64,000 bases of DNA from Antedon mediterranea. Its lineage: Eukaryota > Animalia > Echinodermata. The notes beneath the pieces are model-generated. The model did no database searches. It was given only the letters and a program-made list of their open reading frames with translations, and was not told the origin of the DNA. Every line of letters begins with the position of its first letter. The stretch's first letter is position 1. Location of the stretch: NCBI RefSeq assembly GCF_964355755.1, contig NC_092676.1:26430871-26494870 (forward strand). The letters are read 5' to 3'. This document shows positions 1-12,000 of this stretch, in pieces. The position numbers and the translations under genes were made by a program.

Positions 1-281
1 ACAACTTCATGAACGTGTATTTAGAAGGTTTTGTTTTAAGTAATCCTTATTATTTACCTCTTTCAAGTGTCAATTCTTGTGTAGTTGCCATTTTCATTAT
101 TGACCAATCCTAAAACAAATTGTCTAGCGCCCTCTAAATTAAGTTTTAAAAGGACGTACTTAGTACCAACAGTGCGATTTTTTGATTGACAGATGTTTAT
201 CAATTCATTCAACCGTTACGATTTCAGACGAACTTTCACCTGTCGGAGTGGAGGCCTAGATTTAGAGAAAGCATTAATAAA

Positions 282-3200
282 ATGAACACTTTAAGAAATA
301 CTTTAGAATTTATGAGGAGTAGGTCTAAATGTTGTTTAAATCTTGCAAATCAAGCACGTAAACTAAGCACACGACACCCTGTTAGATTAAAGCTAGCCGC
401 GGGTGGTGTCCGGCGAGTTAGTTCAGCCTCAAATGACCTCCTTTATCAGTCCACTTTTGATAGAGCGAAGGACAACCCCTCTGAATTCTGGGCTGAGCAA
501 GCAGAACAAATTGTGTGGTTTAAGCGATGGAACAAAGTTTTAGATGCAAGTAATTTACCCTTCACAAAATGGTAAGGTGTTGCTTTCTAAATAAATTAAA
601 TAAACAAATTAAAAATTTTCTATCGGCACAGTTGACTGTACCTGAAAATTCTATCCGCATGTCTGTGCCGATAGTCAACATTTGTGTAGTGGCTATTGGC
701 ACAGTTAGCAGTGCATGAAAAATTAATTGTTTCCTATCGTCAAGGTGAATCATGCATCTTTTATAATATGATAATAACTATATTTAGCTTATACTGTATA
801 GCTTCAATGCTATTTATTATTTATCCGATATTTGCAAATGTACAATTACTGTATTATCCATATCACAATAGCATCTATCATGTATTACTCTTCTTACAAT
901 TTTATAAATTGATAGGTTTGTTGGTGGCGAGTTAAACACTTGTTATAATGCAGTAGATCGTCATGTGGATGAAGGCAACGGCGAACGTGTTGCAATTATT
1001 CACGACAGTCCAGTCACAGATTCACAAAAAAAATTAACATACAACCAATTACAAGAAGAGGTAAAGTTTGTACTAGCTGAGCTGCTAACTGAATATTATA
1101 CCCTTGGTACACCAGCAGTGACGAAACAGCTATCAGCGCTCACTTGCTAGAGCCTCCGAGCATAAGGGGCCTCAGAGCATAAGCAGCCCCAATGCAACTA
1201 CCCAGCGTTGGAGGCCCGTATGAGTGCTAAACCAGGGCTTTTGCCCCCTGCGTTATGCTACTGTACATACATCTTATCTTTTATAACAATGCTGGCATAT
1301 TATCAAACTTTTATCGTTCTATTACAGACTTCAAAACTAGCCCGTGTACTTATAGACAATGGCATTAAAAAAGGAGACAGGGTGTTAATATATATGCCAA
1401 TGATACCAGAAGCTGTAGTAGCTATGCTGGCCACTGCTAGAGTTGGGGCTATTCATTCATTGGTCTTTGGCGGGTTTGCATCAAAGGAATTGGCCGTAAG
1501 GATTGACCATGCTAAGGTAACTTATAAGACTTTCTTTTTTTAAACTCCCCCACTTAATTTGAGGTTCATTTACATTATTCATCATCATCATCATTATCAT
1601 CATCATTCATTCATTCATCTCTTTATTTCGGAATACCATGATCACAAAATGTATTCATAGCAAATAATAAACTTAATCTAAGAAATCATTGTACAGCTAA
1701 ATACTGGTTATTTTTTATTGTAGCCAAAAATGGTACTATGTGCAAATGTTGGTTTAGAACCAGGTAGAATTGTTGATTATAAATCGATGCTGGACACTGC
1801 GATAGACTTGAGTGTGAACAAACCATATAAGTGCATAGTTTATAACAGACCAAATGTAAGTTTTATTGTAGTGGAAATACAGTCCTGTTAAATTAACATG
1901 CTTTGTTCTAGACAAACTTATTCTTCCTTGATAATACTATAGCAAATCAAGTACTGTACGCTGTAGTAGAATTGTGGCTTGTTGGTTATGATGCTTGGGT
2001 ACCAATCCAAGGGTCCTGGGTTCAAGTTCTGTCAGGATTTTTTCTAATGACAATGACAATTTATAACTCCACTCCTAAAGACTTGTAATAAGACTTTGTT
2101 TATGTAGAGCATCTTGTGTATATGGTTTGTCTTGTGAACATGATTGCCACCTTTAAGAAGGATAGTGAATGAATTTGATTATTGTTATCCTTGGCAATTT
2201 GCCTAAATAAAAAAAAATAATAAAAAGCATGGTTTGGTCTTTTATGAGTGATTAAAGATACATAATAATAATAATGGTAGTCTTATATAGCGCCTAATAC
2301 AATGTGTTAGTGCTTTAATTAATAAATTGAACTCTTTGTTTTGGTTAGCAAGACAGTGCAAAGCTAGTTTCCGAAAGGGATTTGATTTGGAATGATGTCG
2401 TTCCAGCAGCCAAAGGACATGACTGTGTACCAGTGTCAGCTAATGACCCGCTTTATTTACTGTACACGTCTGGTACTACCGGTATGCCTAAGGTATGTTG
2501 GTTGGATGAGGCCGGAGATCATATCCTTGTATCTTTATTTTACAAAAATAGTGTGCCCAAATTTTTGTATCAGCTGCTAGTGAGTTTTAGCTATCTATTT
2601 CGTGCAAGCTTACCTGTATAAACCGACAATAGCCCTTTCTCCTTGAGGAGCAAAATATACCTCGAAAAATATTAATTTTCATTGAACACCCCTCTTCACA
2701 AATGGTATAGTCCATGAAGTATGCCCTCAGATGCCCACAAATCACCAGCATCATTTCTTTTCTATGCTTGGTAATGAATACTGTATATTAAATATTATAT
2801 ATGAACATCACAGGCACAGAACAAAAAACCACCGGGTGATATACTGAAAATGTATTAATTAATTTGAAACGATAAGATGAGGAAATCTGTGAGAATGAGA
2901 TTTACTGTATACAACAGCGTGATCTTACCCCTATGTGTACTACATTTATGTATTTCTCCTATTTCATGGTATTACTGTATAATTACCATTTTTACTTCCC
3001 TTTGATGAATGCCATTTGTCCAGTGTATCCATATATCAATATATTTATTATCAAATGCAATACAATACACATCAGTTAAAAAATAACATGATGATAATAC
3101 ACAGGTTTTATATTGATGTTTGCCCTCTGCGATGAAGCTATACTGTACATATAGCTTTAATATGCAGTATCTATTTGTTTTAGGCAGTTGTGAGACCGAG

Positions 3201-6200
3201 TGGAGGCCATGCTGTAGCCCTTAAATGGACAATGAAGAATATCTATGGATTAGACCCTGGTGAGGTAAATAAAATATCATGATGTTGTAATTGTTAATGT
3301 AAATATTAGATTATGAAGATAAAAACCTATGACTTAATTCCCATCTGAAGGATGAGGTAATGAAAGTAAAGCCCTTTTGAGAATTGCCTATGGTTCTTCC
3401 CGCATGGCAATTACGCCATCCACTCTCATATATACTTTGCTGTGATGATACCATACTCTACAGTATATATTCACCAACCAACAAATAAAATGTATTGTTT
3501 TAGCAATCAAACATTTGCTTTCAATATAATTTATTTTCAATCAGGTTTGGTGGGCTGGATCTGATTTAGGGTGGGTCGTAGGTCACTCATACATTTGCTA
3601 CGCTCCTTTACTAAATGGCAACACTACAATTGTGTACGAGGGTAAACCAGTTGGGACACCAGATCCAGGTAGCTTCTTCCGAGTGCTTCATGATCACGAC
3701 GTGGCAGCCATGTTTACTGCTCCAACAGCTCTTAGAGCCATTATTAAAGAAGACAGCAATGGTACTTATGCTGATAAATACAAATTTGAAAAGTAAGTGC
3801 ACTGTTGTTTTCTTTCATATTCTAGTAAAGGGTCTTTCAAACCTGTTTCGGCACGCTAACAGTCCGGCGCTGGCAAATCATATTGAACGTCAATGTTTTG
3901 TTTTCATGACACTTCACGCTGCCTTTTGATTTATTATATATCCGTTTCATTTGTACTTTAGTTTTCGTTACCTGTTTGTTGCTGGTGAACATCTGGATCT
4001 TGATTGTTATAATTGGTGTCAGAAACATTTCAGATCTCCTGTATTGGACAACTGGTGGCAGACGGGTAAGAGATAATGGTGGTAGTGATATTGTAACCTT
4101 GTAGGCCTACTTTACCGACGTATATTTTAATTACAAATCTGTAAAGCTCTGTCTACACTAGGTTGACAAAAAAAGTGTGTTGTTGTAACCAAATGTGGTA
4201 GTGATATGCTTAAATATGGAAGTGATATGTAATCATCATGTCCATATATTGGCATATCAGATTCATAAAGTTTGATAGTGTAGACAGAGCTTTAAACTGC
4301 ACAATTTTTATATTAATTGTGTATCACAGGTTAACTATTTGTAATCTTATCTTCTAGAAACAAGTTGGGCTATAACAGCACATCATGTAGGTCTGAGGAA
4401 TGACCTTTCACCCCCTGCCGGCACCACTGGGAAACCTGTTCCTGGCTGGAATGGTAAGATGAAACTGTTTCAAACCTAAAATAGTAATCAATATTAGAAG
4501 TTCACCTAGAGAACTCTCCGCAATTCTTGTCTGCGATTAGGTTTTTCAAGAACGTTCCTTGTCCTATGACATGGAGAGATATTATGATGGAAACTCTTTA
4601 GCTCTGTCTACACTATCAAACTTTATGTGACAAAAAAATGTGATGTGCCCATATATGATATGATGATGTCATATCACTACCTTATTTGGGCATATCACTA
4701 CCACATTTGAGCACATCACACTTTTTTAGTTTGATAGTGTAGTCTTTGCATTGTTAATCAGCGCTGGCCGCACTGTTGATGAAATTTTTTTTAATCTAAA
4801 GCTCTGTCTACACTATCAAACTTTATGTGACAAAAAAATGTGATGTGCCCATATATGAACATGATGATGTCATATCACTGCCATATTTGGGTATGGCACT
4901 ACCATATTTGGGCACATCACACTTTTTTTGTCAAACCAGTTTGTTGGGTTTTGTCTTTCAGTAAAAGTATTGGGAAATAATGGTGAGGAGTTGGAACCAG
5001 ATGAGCTTGGTACAATAGCAGTCAAGTAAGATTCTTTTTTCGTTATTATTTAAATATTTTACTCTGTTCTTTCTCCATGTCCATAAATGTTTTTGTTTTA
5101 TAATTGCATGCTATGTTTATAACGGTTTCTACTTTTTTTTCAATTAATTTAGACTGCCTCTTCCACCAGGAGCATTTTCTACTCTATGGGAAGCAGATGA
5201 TAGATTTAAAGAAGTATACTTTACTAAATTTCCTGTGAGTTAATACAGGATGTACCATATCCTTCAGGTGTAATCCCACCCCCTACTTTATGTCTGGCCC
5301 CCAGGTATAGTCCCAGTATTCACTTTTGGTCTGGATGTAGGCCTCTCTCTAGCCAGTTTAAATGACTATTTACAAGAAATGCTTACCAATCATTTTTTTC
5401 CGCGGTCCCACACCCCAAAGTCAGCCCAATTTCATGTTCTAAGGGGTGGGATTATACCAGAGGATCTATGGTATATTAATATGTAGTTTCAAACATTTTT
5501 ACTTGGAATGTTTCCAATTTTTTTTTTAAACGAATCATTTTGTAGAACCATCAAGAATTAAGGGGTTATTTTAACTGGGTATACATTGCCCATGTAATTC
5601 CACAAAATTCAAGTACTGCATTAATATTCATTTTTTAATTTGTATAGGGATATTACAACACCATGGATGCAGGCAGCTACGACACTGATGGATATATCCA
5701 CGTTAAGGCTCGTGCCGATGACGTCATTAACGTTGCCGGACACAGAATAGCGTCTTCTGCTATTGAGGAGGTAAAATAAATATTTTAATTTATTTATTCT
5801 ATTTTTCCCATACATAGTTGTTGGATATCTCCTAGTATGGCCACTGCGTACATATTCTGGTATGGGTCTGTTGGAACTGTTGGATTGTATAGCCACAAGT
5901 TGTTTACAGACCAGACAAGTCAGAATGTTCAACGTTAGAAATTTGTTTTATTTACTATTAATTTCATCATCTTATGCAATTTGTATTAATATACTAATTT
6001 TTATTGAAAGGCAATTATGTTGCAAGGTGATATAGTAGAGTGTGCAGCTATTGGTTTAAAAGATGCGTTAAAAGGACATGTCCCAGTTGGACTGTGTATA
6101 CTTAAAAAAGGTAAGTAGGATAATTTAATTATCTGTTAGTAGAGTCATATGGCTATACATCCACGTCTGTTCAAGTCTTGTGGAAGTGTGGGCCCAGGAA

Positions 6201-7030
6201 AACCAAGCCTTGTCAACAGGGGTTAACACACTTAATGATAACTCATATCATGAGGTTAAATTAAGATTGACAAAACTTAACCCATTCAACTTATGACATT
6301 CAAGTTAGTTTGCAAGTTAATATACAAATAATAAATACTAGTGACCAATCAAAATGTCAGAATACAAGTGTGTTATAAACAGTAAATATATTTATATATA
6401 TAAATTTCTTAGATGTTGACAAGTCCAATGAACAAATAACTGCAGAAATCATCAAGGCCGTACGAAATGCAATCGGACCTGTAGCAGCATTTAAAAAGGC
6501 CGTCATCGTGAGCAAGTTACCAAAGACGAGGGCAGGGAAGATATCAAGGCAGACTGTAGCTGCTATGGCTAATGGCGAACCATTCATAGTAAGTTAATAG
6601 TCTTTCACACCTGTTCCTGGAAAAAGTCATGCGCCGGCAAATCCAATTGAACATCAATGTTTTGTTTTCATGTGGCTATGTGCATATCTGCGTGGGGCGT
6701 GGTAAAAACGAAATATTGCCTATTTCACCGGACTAGAACCGTGACGGAACAGGTGTGAAAGACCCTTTAGACTTGACTCTACGAGACATTTGTTTGATGT
6801 TTCAAAGTATTTTTACTATCTTTTATTGTTTTGATATTTTTTTCAATAGAGATTATTTGATTATTTATCAAAATTTATAAGTTACTACCTGCGACATACA
6901 ATTAATATATTCTCACTGTGGATCTTAAAGTGAGTGAAACGCAACTTTCTTTCAGATCCCTGTCACAACAGAAGACGTAACTGCCTATGATGATGTTAAA
7001 ACTGCCTTGGAAACAGAAGGACTGTTATAA
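282..7030 (+). CDS. ACSS3: Acyl-CoA synthetase short-chain family member 3 (mitochondrial propionyl/acetyl-CoA ligase), 15 coding exons, isoform with proximal last exon
   Basis: GT-AG exons joined in frame: 282-571, 916-1060, 1328-1516, 1724-1855, 2349-2492, 3184-3264, 3545-3792, 3962-4065, 4358-4453, 4962-5025, 5153-5234, 5648-5770, 6011-6110, 6413-6588, 6956-7030. Motifs: [27 protein letters not shown] (AMP-binding), [38 protein letters not shown]. Arg/Leu/Ser-rich N-terminus resembles a mitochondrial presequence. Confidence 0.93.
1116..1263. mobile_element. Degenerate copy of GC-rich CAGTGGCGTAAC-TIR MITE (hAT-like)
   Basis: Ends cagtgacgaaac ... gttatgctactg. Internal agcgctcact and ccagcgttgga shared with copies at 39583 and 43319. 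Confidence 0.55.
1963..2226 (+). mobile_element. tRNA-derived SINE, family B
   Basis: A-box-like tggcttgttgg, B-box-like ggttcaagt and an A-rich tail. Head homologous to the reverse copy at 59957-60044; body homologous to 58730-58821. Confidence 0.6.
4145..4291 (-). mobile_element. Harbinger/Tourist-like MITE family 1 (TIR AGCTCTGTCTACACTATCAAACT)
   Basis: TIRs at both ends, TAA/TTA flanks, internal catatcactaccatatttggg subrepeats. About 12 copies in the window. Confidence 0.85.
4600..4743 (+). mobile_element. MITE family 1 copy
   Basis: agctctgtctacactatcaaactttatgtgac...gtttgatagtgtag. Confidence 0.85.
4800..4943 (+). mobile_element. MITE family 1 copy, right TIR truncated, abutting the ACSS3 exon 10 acceptor
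   Basis: Same left TIR and body. Ends about 18 nt before the AG at 4960-4961. Confidence 0.8.
5253..5473. mobile_element. TA-flanked MITE with ~30-bp imperfect TIRs (Tc1/mariner/pogo-like)
   Basis: taccatatccttcaggtgtaatcccacccc ... ggggtgggattataccagaggatctatggta are reverse complements with few differences. Confidence 0.65.
6600..6765. mobile_element. MITE with TIR (gg)gtctttcacacctgttcc; partial sister copy at ~3829-3910
   Basis: gtctttcacacctgttcc ... ggaacaggtgtgaaagac. Internal ggcaaatc..attgaac.tcaatgttttgttttcatg is shared with 3829-3910. Confidence 0.65.
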
Positions 7031-8030
7031 AGCTAACTAAACTAAAAAAAACTAAACACTGTAGTCAGATCTATGTAACCATGCTAAACTGACAAGCATG
7101 TAGCCAGGATTTTTACATGAGGTCTTTTTTCCACAAAGAACACCTTTTTCCACAATCATAAGCTAGACTAATCTAAGCATACTTATCATCACTTTTGCTA
7201 CTGGTATCTAGTTTTAAAAGAACACCTCATGAAACGGGTTCATTTAAATAAGTTCACCCCCTTCACCATCATCATCAGCAGAGAAGATGCATTTACAAAA
7301 TATAGAACAACAAAAGCAAACAAGAAGTTAAGACAAAATTACTAGCTGTCGGGAAAGACAGATATGTTCAGTTTTCATTACCCACCCGAATTCCACAGCA
7401 GATAACAATATATTTTATTATAATACTTATACTTGAAACAACTTTGCCTCGTCTGTTTTTAACCTCTCGATACGGCGGCCTTGAAAGTAGCTATATGGCG
7501 TCTTCTACGATATTAATAGAAATATATGTATTGAGAAGCATCATCAAACTCAATTAAGATTTTCAATACTTAACATTATATTGCACTAATAATAGTTTCT
7601 AAATTTAAAGAGATTAAAGCCATGAAGCAGATTTACTTGGCCATCTACTTCAAATACATCTATATTAAATATTTCTTTATAGCATCAATATTGTTCTATT
7701 TTTAGTAGATATTGTTTCCTTACTGTCAATATAATTGACTATGATAATTATTTGGTTCTAATATAATTGATTCTAAATATAGAATGTGTGTAATTGCAAG
7801 CCATTTAATACATTATGATGAAATAATCTCATTTTAAAAATCAATTTATTTGCTAATAATAGTATACTTGATATCATATTCCTCTCAGTGTCACTAAGAA
7901 GTAGTTCTTCACAATGTTTCAACAAAATGATTACAATCTTTTTGTTCATATATTTTTCAACATCCTAGCTGTTCAATATCTGCTCATTTGTTTGTGTCAT
8001 TCATTTCATTTGTGTATTTCCATCTTCTAG

Positions 8031-8096
8031 ATACCACCTACTATAGAGGATCCTACAGCCTATGATGAAGTCAAGGCTGCTTTGGACAAAGTATGA
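8031..8096 (+). CDS. ACSS3: Alternative distal terminal coding exon of ACSS3 (IPPTIEDPTAYDEVKAALDKV*)
   Basis: Preceded by a polypyrimidine tract and AG (catcttctag). Phase 0 like exon 6956-7030 and paralogous to it ([24 protein letters not shown]). AATAAA follows near 8447 and 8538. Confidence 0.8.
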   Translation: MPPTIEDPTAYDEVKAALDKV

Positions 8097-8104
8097 ATAA
8101 CAAT

Positions 8105-8355
8105 GGTTATCATCACCACCATACATACCATCAGAGATCATGCTACCATTTGGTACATTTCACTATTAGGTCTATATTGAAGTGAAGCCATGACCATCGG
8201 TTTGTTTACCATCACCATAGCAATCACCATCAGAAATCATGCTACCATTCGGTACATTTCACATAAGGTCTATATTGAAGTGAGGCTATGACCATCGGTT
8301 TGTTTACCATCACCATAGCAATCGCCATCAGAGATCATTGTACCATTCGGTATGT
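8105..8355. repeat. ~2.3-copy tandem duplication of a ~110-bp unit in the ACSS3 distal 3' UTR
   Basis: catgctaccatt.ggtacatttcac...ggtctatattgaagtga...tgaccatcggtttgtttaccatcaccatagcaatc is repeated. Confidence 0.8.
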
Positions 8356-9009
8356 AACACCATTGAGTATTATTCACCGTTGTCTTTCACTGTATTATGA
8401 AAACTACTATAAAAAACAAATATTTTAATAGCAAATGTATGCCTTAAATAAAGTTGTGTTCGCATTTAGTCTAATAAACTTAAAGATATATTTTATAGAT
8501 CTTTATTTTCCATGATGTTGGAGGACAATACATCTTTAATAAACGCCATTACTCTGGATCCGTTTATGTGCTTAGTATTTAATTTATAGTAGAGGAGAAG
8601 ACAACTAAATGAATCTCTGTTGAAATTTGAACTTTATGAATAGACCATCGCCCCCCAAATAAATAAAAAATGACTATACATAATGATATCATATTTACAA
8701 TATAAAAATCCATTCAAATGTCTGTAATATGGTAATGTTACTGATACAAAATCTAACAATTTTATACTACAACTAGTCTTCCAGTATAGGAGATATTCTT
8801 CAATTAAATGTGTATATTAATTTTGATTAGTATTTTTAGTAGGCCTATATTTTATACACTTTCCTTAATATATATTGTATATTTTATTAATTGTTGCTAA
8901 AAATAAACAAATTGATTATCTTCCTGATATTATATTGGTTGAAAAAATCAATTGTGATTGTAGTTTGTTGGAACTGTTGAAAAATAGCCAACTATTCACT
9001 TTCTAAGTC

Positions 9010-12000
9010 AATAATAGTACAGGGATTTTTTCCAAAAAATGACCAAATTTCGACCCTTTTATTTTTTGACAAAACTGGTTACAAACACTCTATAAGATGA
9101 TGGTAACGCAATATATGTGCATATATGGCAATATTATTCCATAATAATTGAATTTTAAAAAGTTGATATTTTGGCCATTTTTAAAAAAATCCCCCGAAAA
9201 ATTACTAAATTTCGACCCTTTTATTTTTCCACAAAACTGGTTACTATGACTCTATAAGTTGATTATAATGCAATATATGAGCATATATGGCAATATTATT
9301 GCAAAATAATTGAATTTTAAAAAGTCGATATTTTGGCCATTTAAAAAAAAAAATCAACCGAAAAATTGCCAATTTTCGACCCTTTTATTTTTTACATAAA
9401 TGGTTACTACAGCATAATAAATATGCGTAGAGTAGAATAATGGGCTCTGCGCATGTCAATTATGCTATAGTAACCAGTTTTATCGAGGAAAAAAAAAAGG
9501 CCATTTTTTTTTTCTGAAAAAATTATGCTATATAACCAGCCCTTTTATTTGTTGACATAAATGGTTACTATAGCATAATAAACATGCGCAGAGTTGAATA
9601 ATGGGCTCTGCGCATGTCAATTATGCTATAGTAACCAGCCCTTTTATTTTTTGACATAAATGGTTACTATAGCATAATAAACATGCGCAGAGTAGAATAA
9701 TGTGCTCTGCGCATGTCAATTATGCTATAGTAACCAGTTTTATCGAAAAATAAAAAGGTCGAAATTTGGCCATTTTCTGAAAAATTCCTGAAGTACAGGG
9801 AAATTTTCGAAAAATGACCAATTTTCGACCCTTTTATTTTTTGACATAAATGGTTACTATAGCATAATAAACATGCGCAGAGTCGAATAATGGGTTCTGC
9901 GCATGTCAATTATGCTAAAGTAACCAGCCCTTTTTTTTGACATAAATGGTTACTATAGCATAATAAACATGCGCAGAGTTGAATAATGAGCTGTGCGCAT
10001 GTCAATTATGCTATAGTAACCAGCCCTTTTATTTTTTGACATAAATGGTTACTTTAGCATAATAAACATGCGCAGAGTCGAATAATGGGCTCTGCGCATT
10101 TCAATTAGGCTATAATAACCAGTTTTATCGAAAAATAAAAAGTTCGAAATTTAGCCATTTTCTGAAAAAATCCCTGTACAGGGAAATTTTCGAAAAAATA
10201 GCCAATTTTCGACCCTTTTATTTGTTGACATAAATGGTTGCTATAGCATAATAAACATGCGCAGAGTAGAATAATGGGTTCTGCGCATGTCAATTATGCT
10301 ATATAACCAGCCCTTTTATTTGTTGACATAAATGGTTGCTATAGCATAATAAACATGCGCAGAGTAGAATAATGGGCTCTGCGCATGTCAATTATGCTAT
10401 AGTAACCAGTTTTATCAAAAAATAAAAAGGTCGAAATTTGGCCATTTTCTGAAAAATCCCTGAACTATAGTACAGGGAAATTTTCGAAAAATGACCAATT
10501 TTCGACCCTTTTATTTTTTGACTTAAATAGTTACTCTAGCATAATAAATATGCGCAGAGTCGAATAATGGGCTCTGCGCATGTCAATTATGCTATAGTAA
10601 CCAGTTTTATCGAAAAATAAAAAGGTCGAAATTTGGCCATTTTCTGAAAAATCCCTGTACTATAGTACAGGGAAATTTTCGAAAAATAGCCAATTTTCGA
10701 CCCTTTTATTTTTTGACATAAATGGTTGCTATAGCATAATAAACATGCGCAGAGTCGAATAATGGGTTCTGCGCATGTCAATTATGCTATATAACCAGCC
10801 CTTTTATTGTTGAAATTTGGCCATTTTCTGAAAAATCCCTGTACTATAGTACAGGGAAATTTTCGAAAAATAGCCAATTTTCGACCCTTTTATTTTTTGA
10901 CATAAATGGTTACTATAGCATAATAAACATGCGCAGAGTCGAATAATGGGTTCTGCACATGTCAATTATGCTATATAACCAGCCCTTTTATTTGTTGACA
11001 TAAATTGTTACTATAGCATAATAAACATGCGCAGAGTAGAATAATGGGCTCTGCGCATGTCAATTATGCTATAGTAACCAGTTTTATCGAAAAATAAAAA
11101 GGTCGAAATTTGGCCATTTTCTGAAAAATCCCTGAACTATAGTACAGGGAAATTTTCGAAAAATAGCAAATTTTCGACCCTTTTATTTTTTGACATAAAT
11201 GGTTGCTATAGCATAATAAACATGCGCAGAGTAAAATAATGGGCTCTGCGCATGTCAATTATGCTAAAGTAACCAGCCCTTTTATTTTTTGACATAAATG
11301 GTTACTATAGCATAATAAACATGCGCAGAGTTGAATAATGAGCTCTGCGCATGTTAATTATGCAATAGTAACCAGTTTTATCGAAAAATAAAAAGGTCGA
11401 AATTTGGCCATTTTCTGAAAAATCCCTGTACTATAGTAGGCCTACAGGGAAATTTTCGAAAAATAGCCAATTTTCGAGCCTTTTATTTTTTGACATAAAT
11501 GGTTGCTATAGCATAATAAACATGCGAAGAGTCGAATACTGGGTTCTGCGCATGTCAATTATGCTATAGTAACCAGCCCTTTTATTTTTTGACATAAATG
11601 GTTACTTTAGCATAATAAACATGCGCTGAGTCGAATAATGGGCTCTGCGCATTTCAATTATGCTATAGTAACCAGTTTTATCGAAAAATAAAAAGGTCGA
11701 AATTTGGCCATTTTCTGAAAAATTCCTGAACTATAGTACAGGGAAATTTTCGAAAGATGACCAATTTTCGACCGTTTTATTTGTTGACATAAATGGTTAC
11801 TATAGCATAATAAACATGCGCAGAGTAGAATAATGGGCTCTGCGCATGTCAATTATGCTATAGTAACCAGCCCTTTTATTTTTTGACATAAATGGTTACT
11901 TTAGCATAATAAACATGCGCAGAGTCGAATAATGGGCTCTGCGCATTTCAATTATGCTATAGTAACCAGTTTTATCGAAAAATAAAAAGGTCGAAATTTG

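Noticed and set aside
186-281. N-terminal extension of ACSS3 from the ORF-track start at 186
   Set aside because: That start is a TTG under a prokaryotic-style ORF rule. The first in-frame ATG is at 282.
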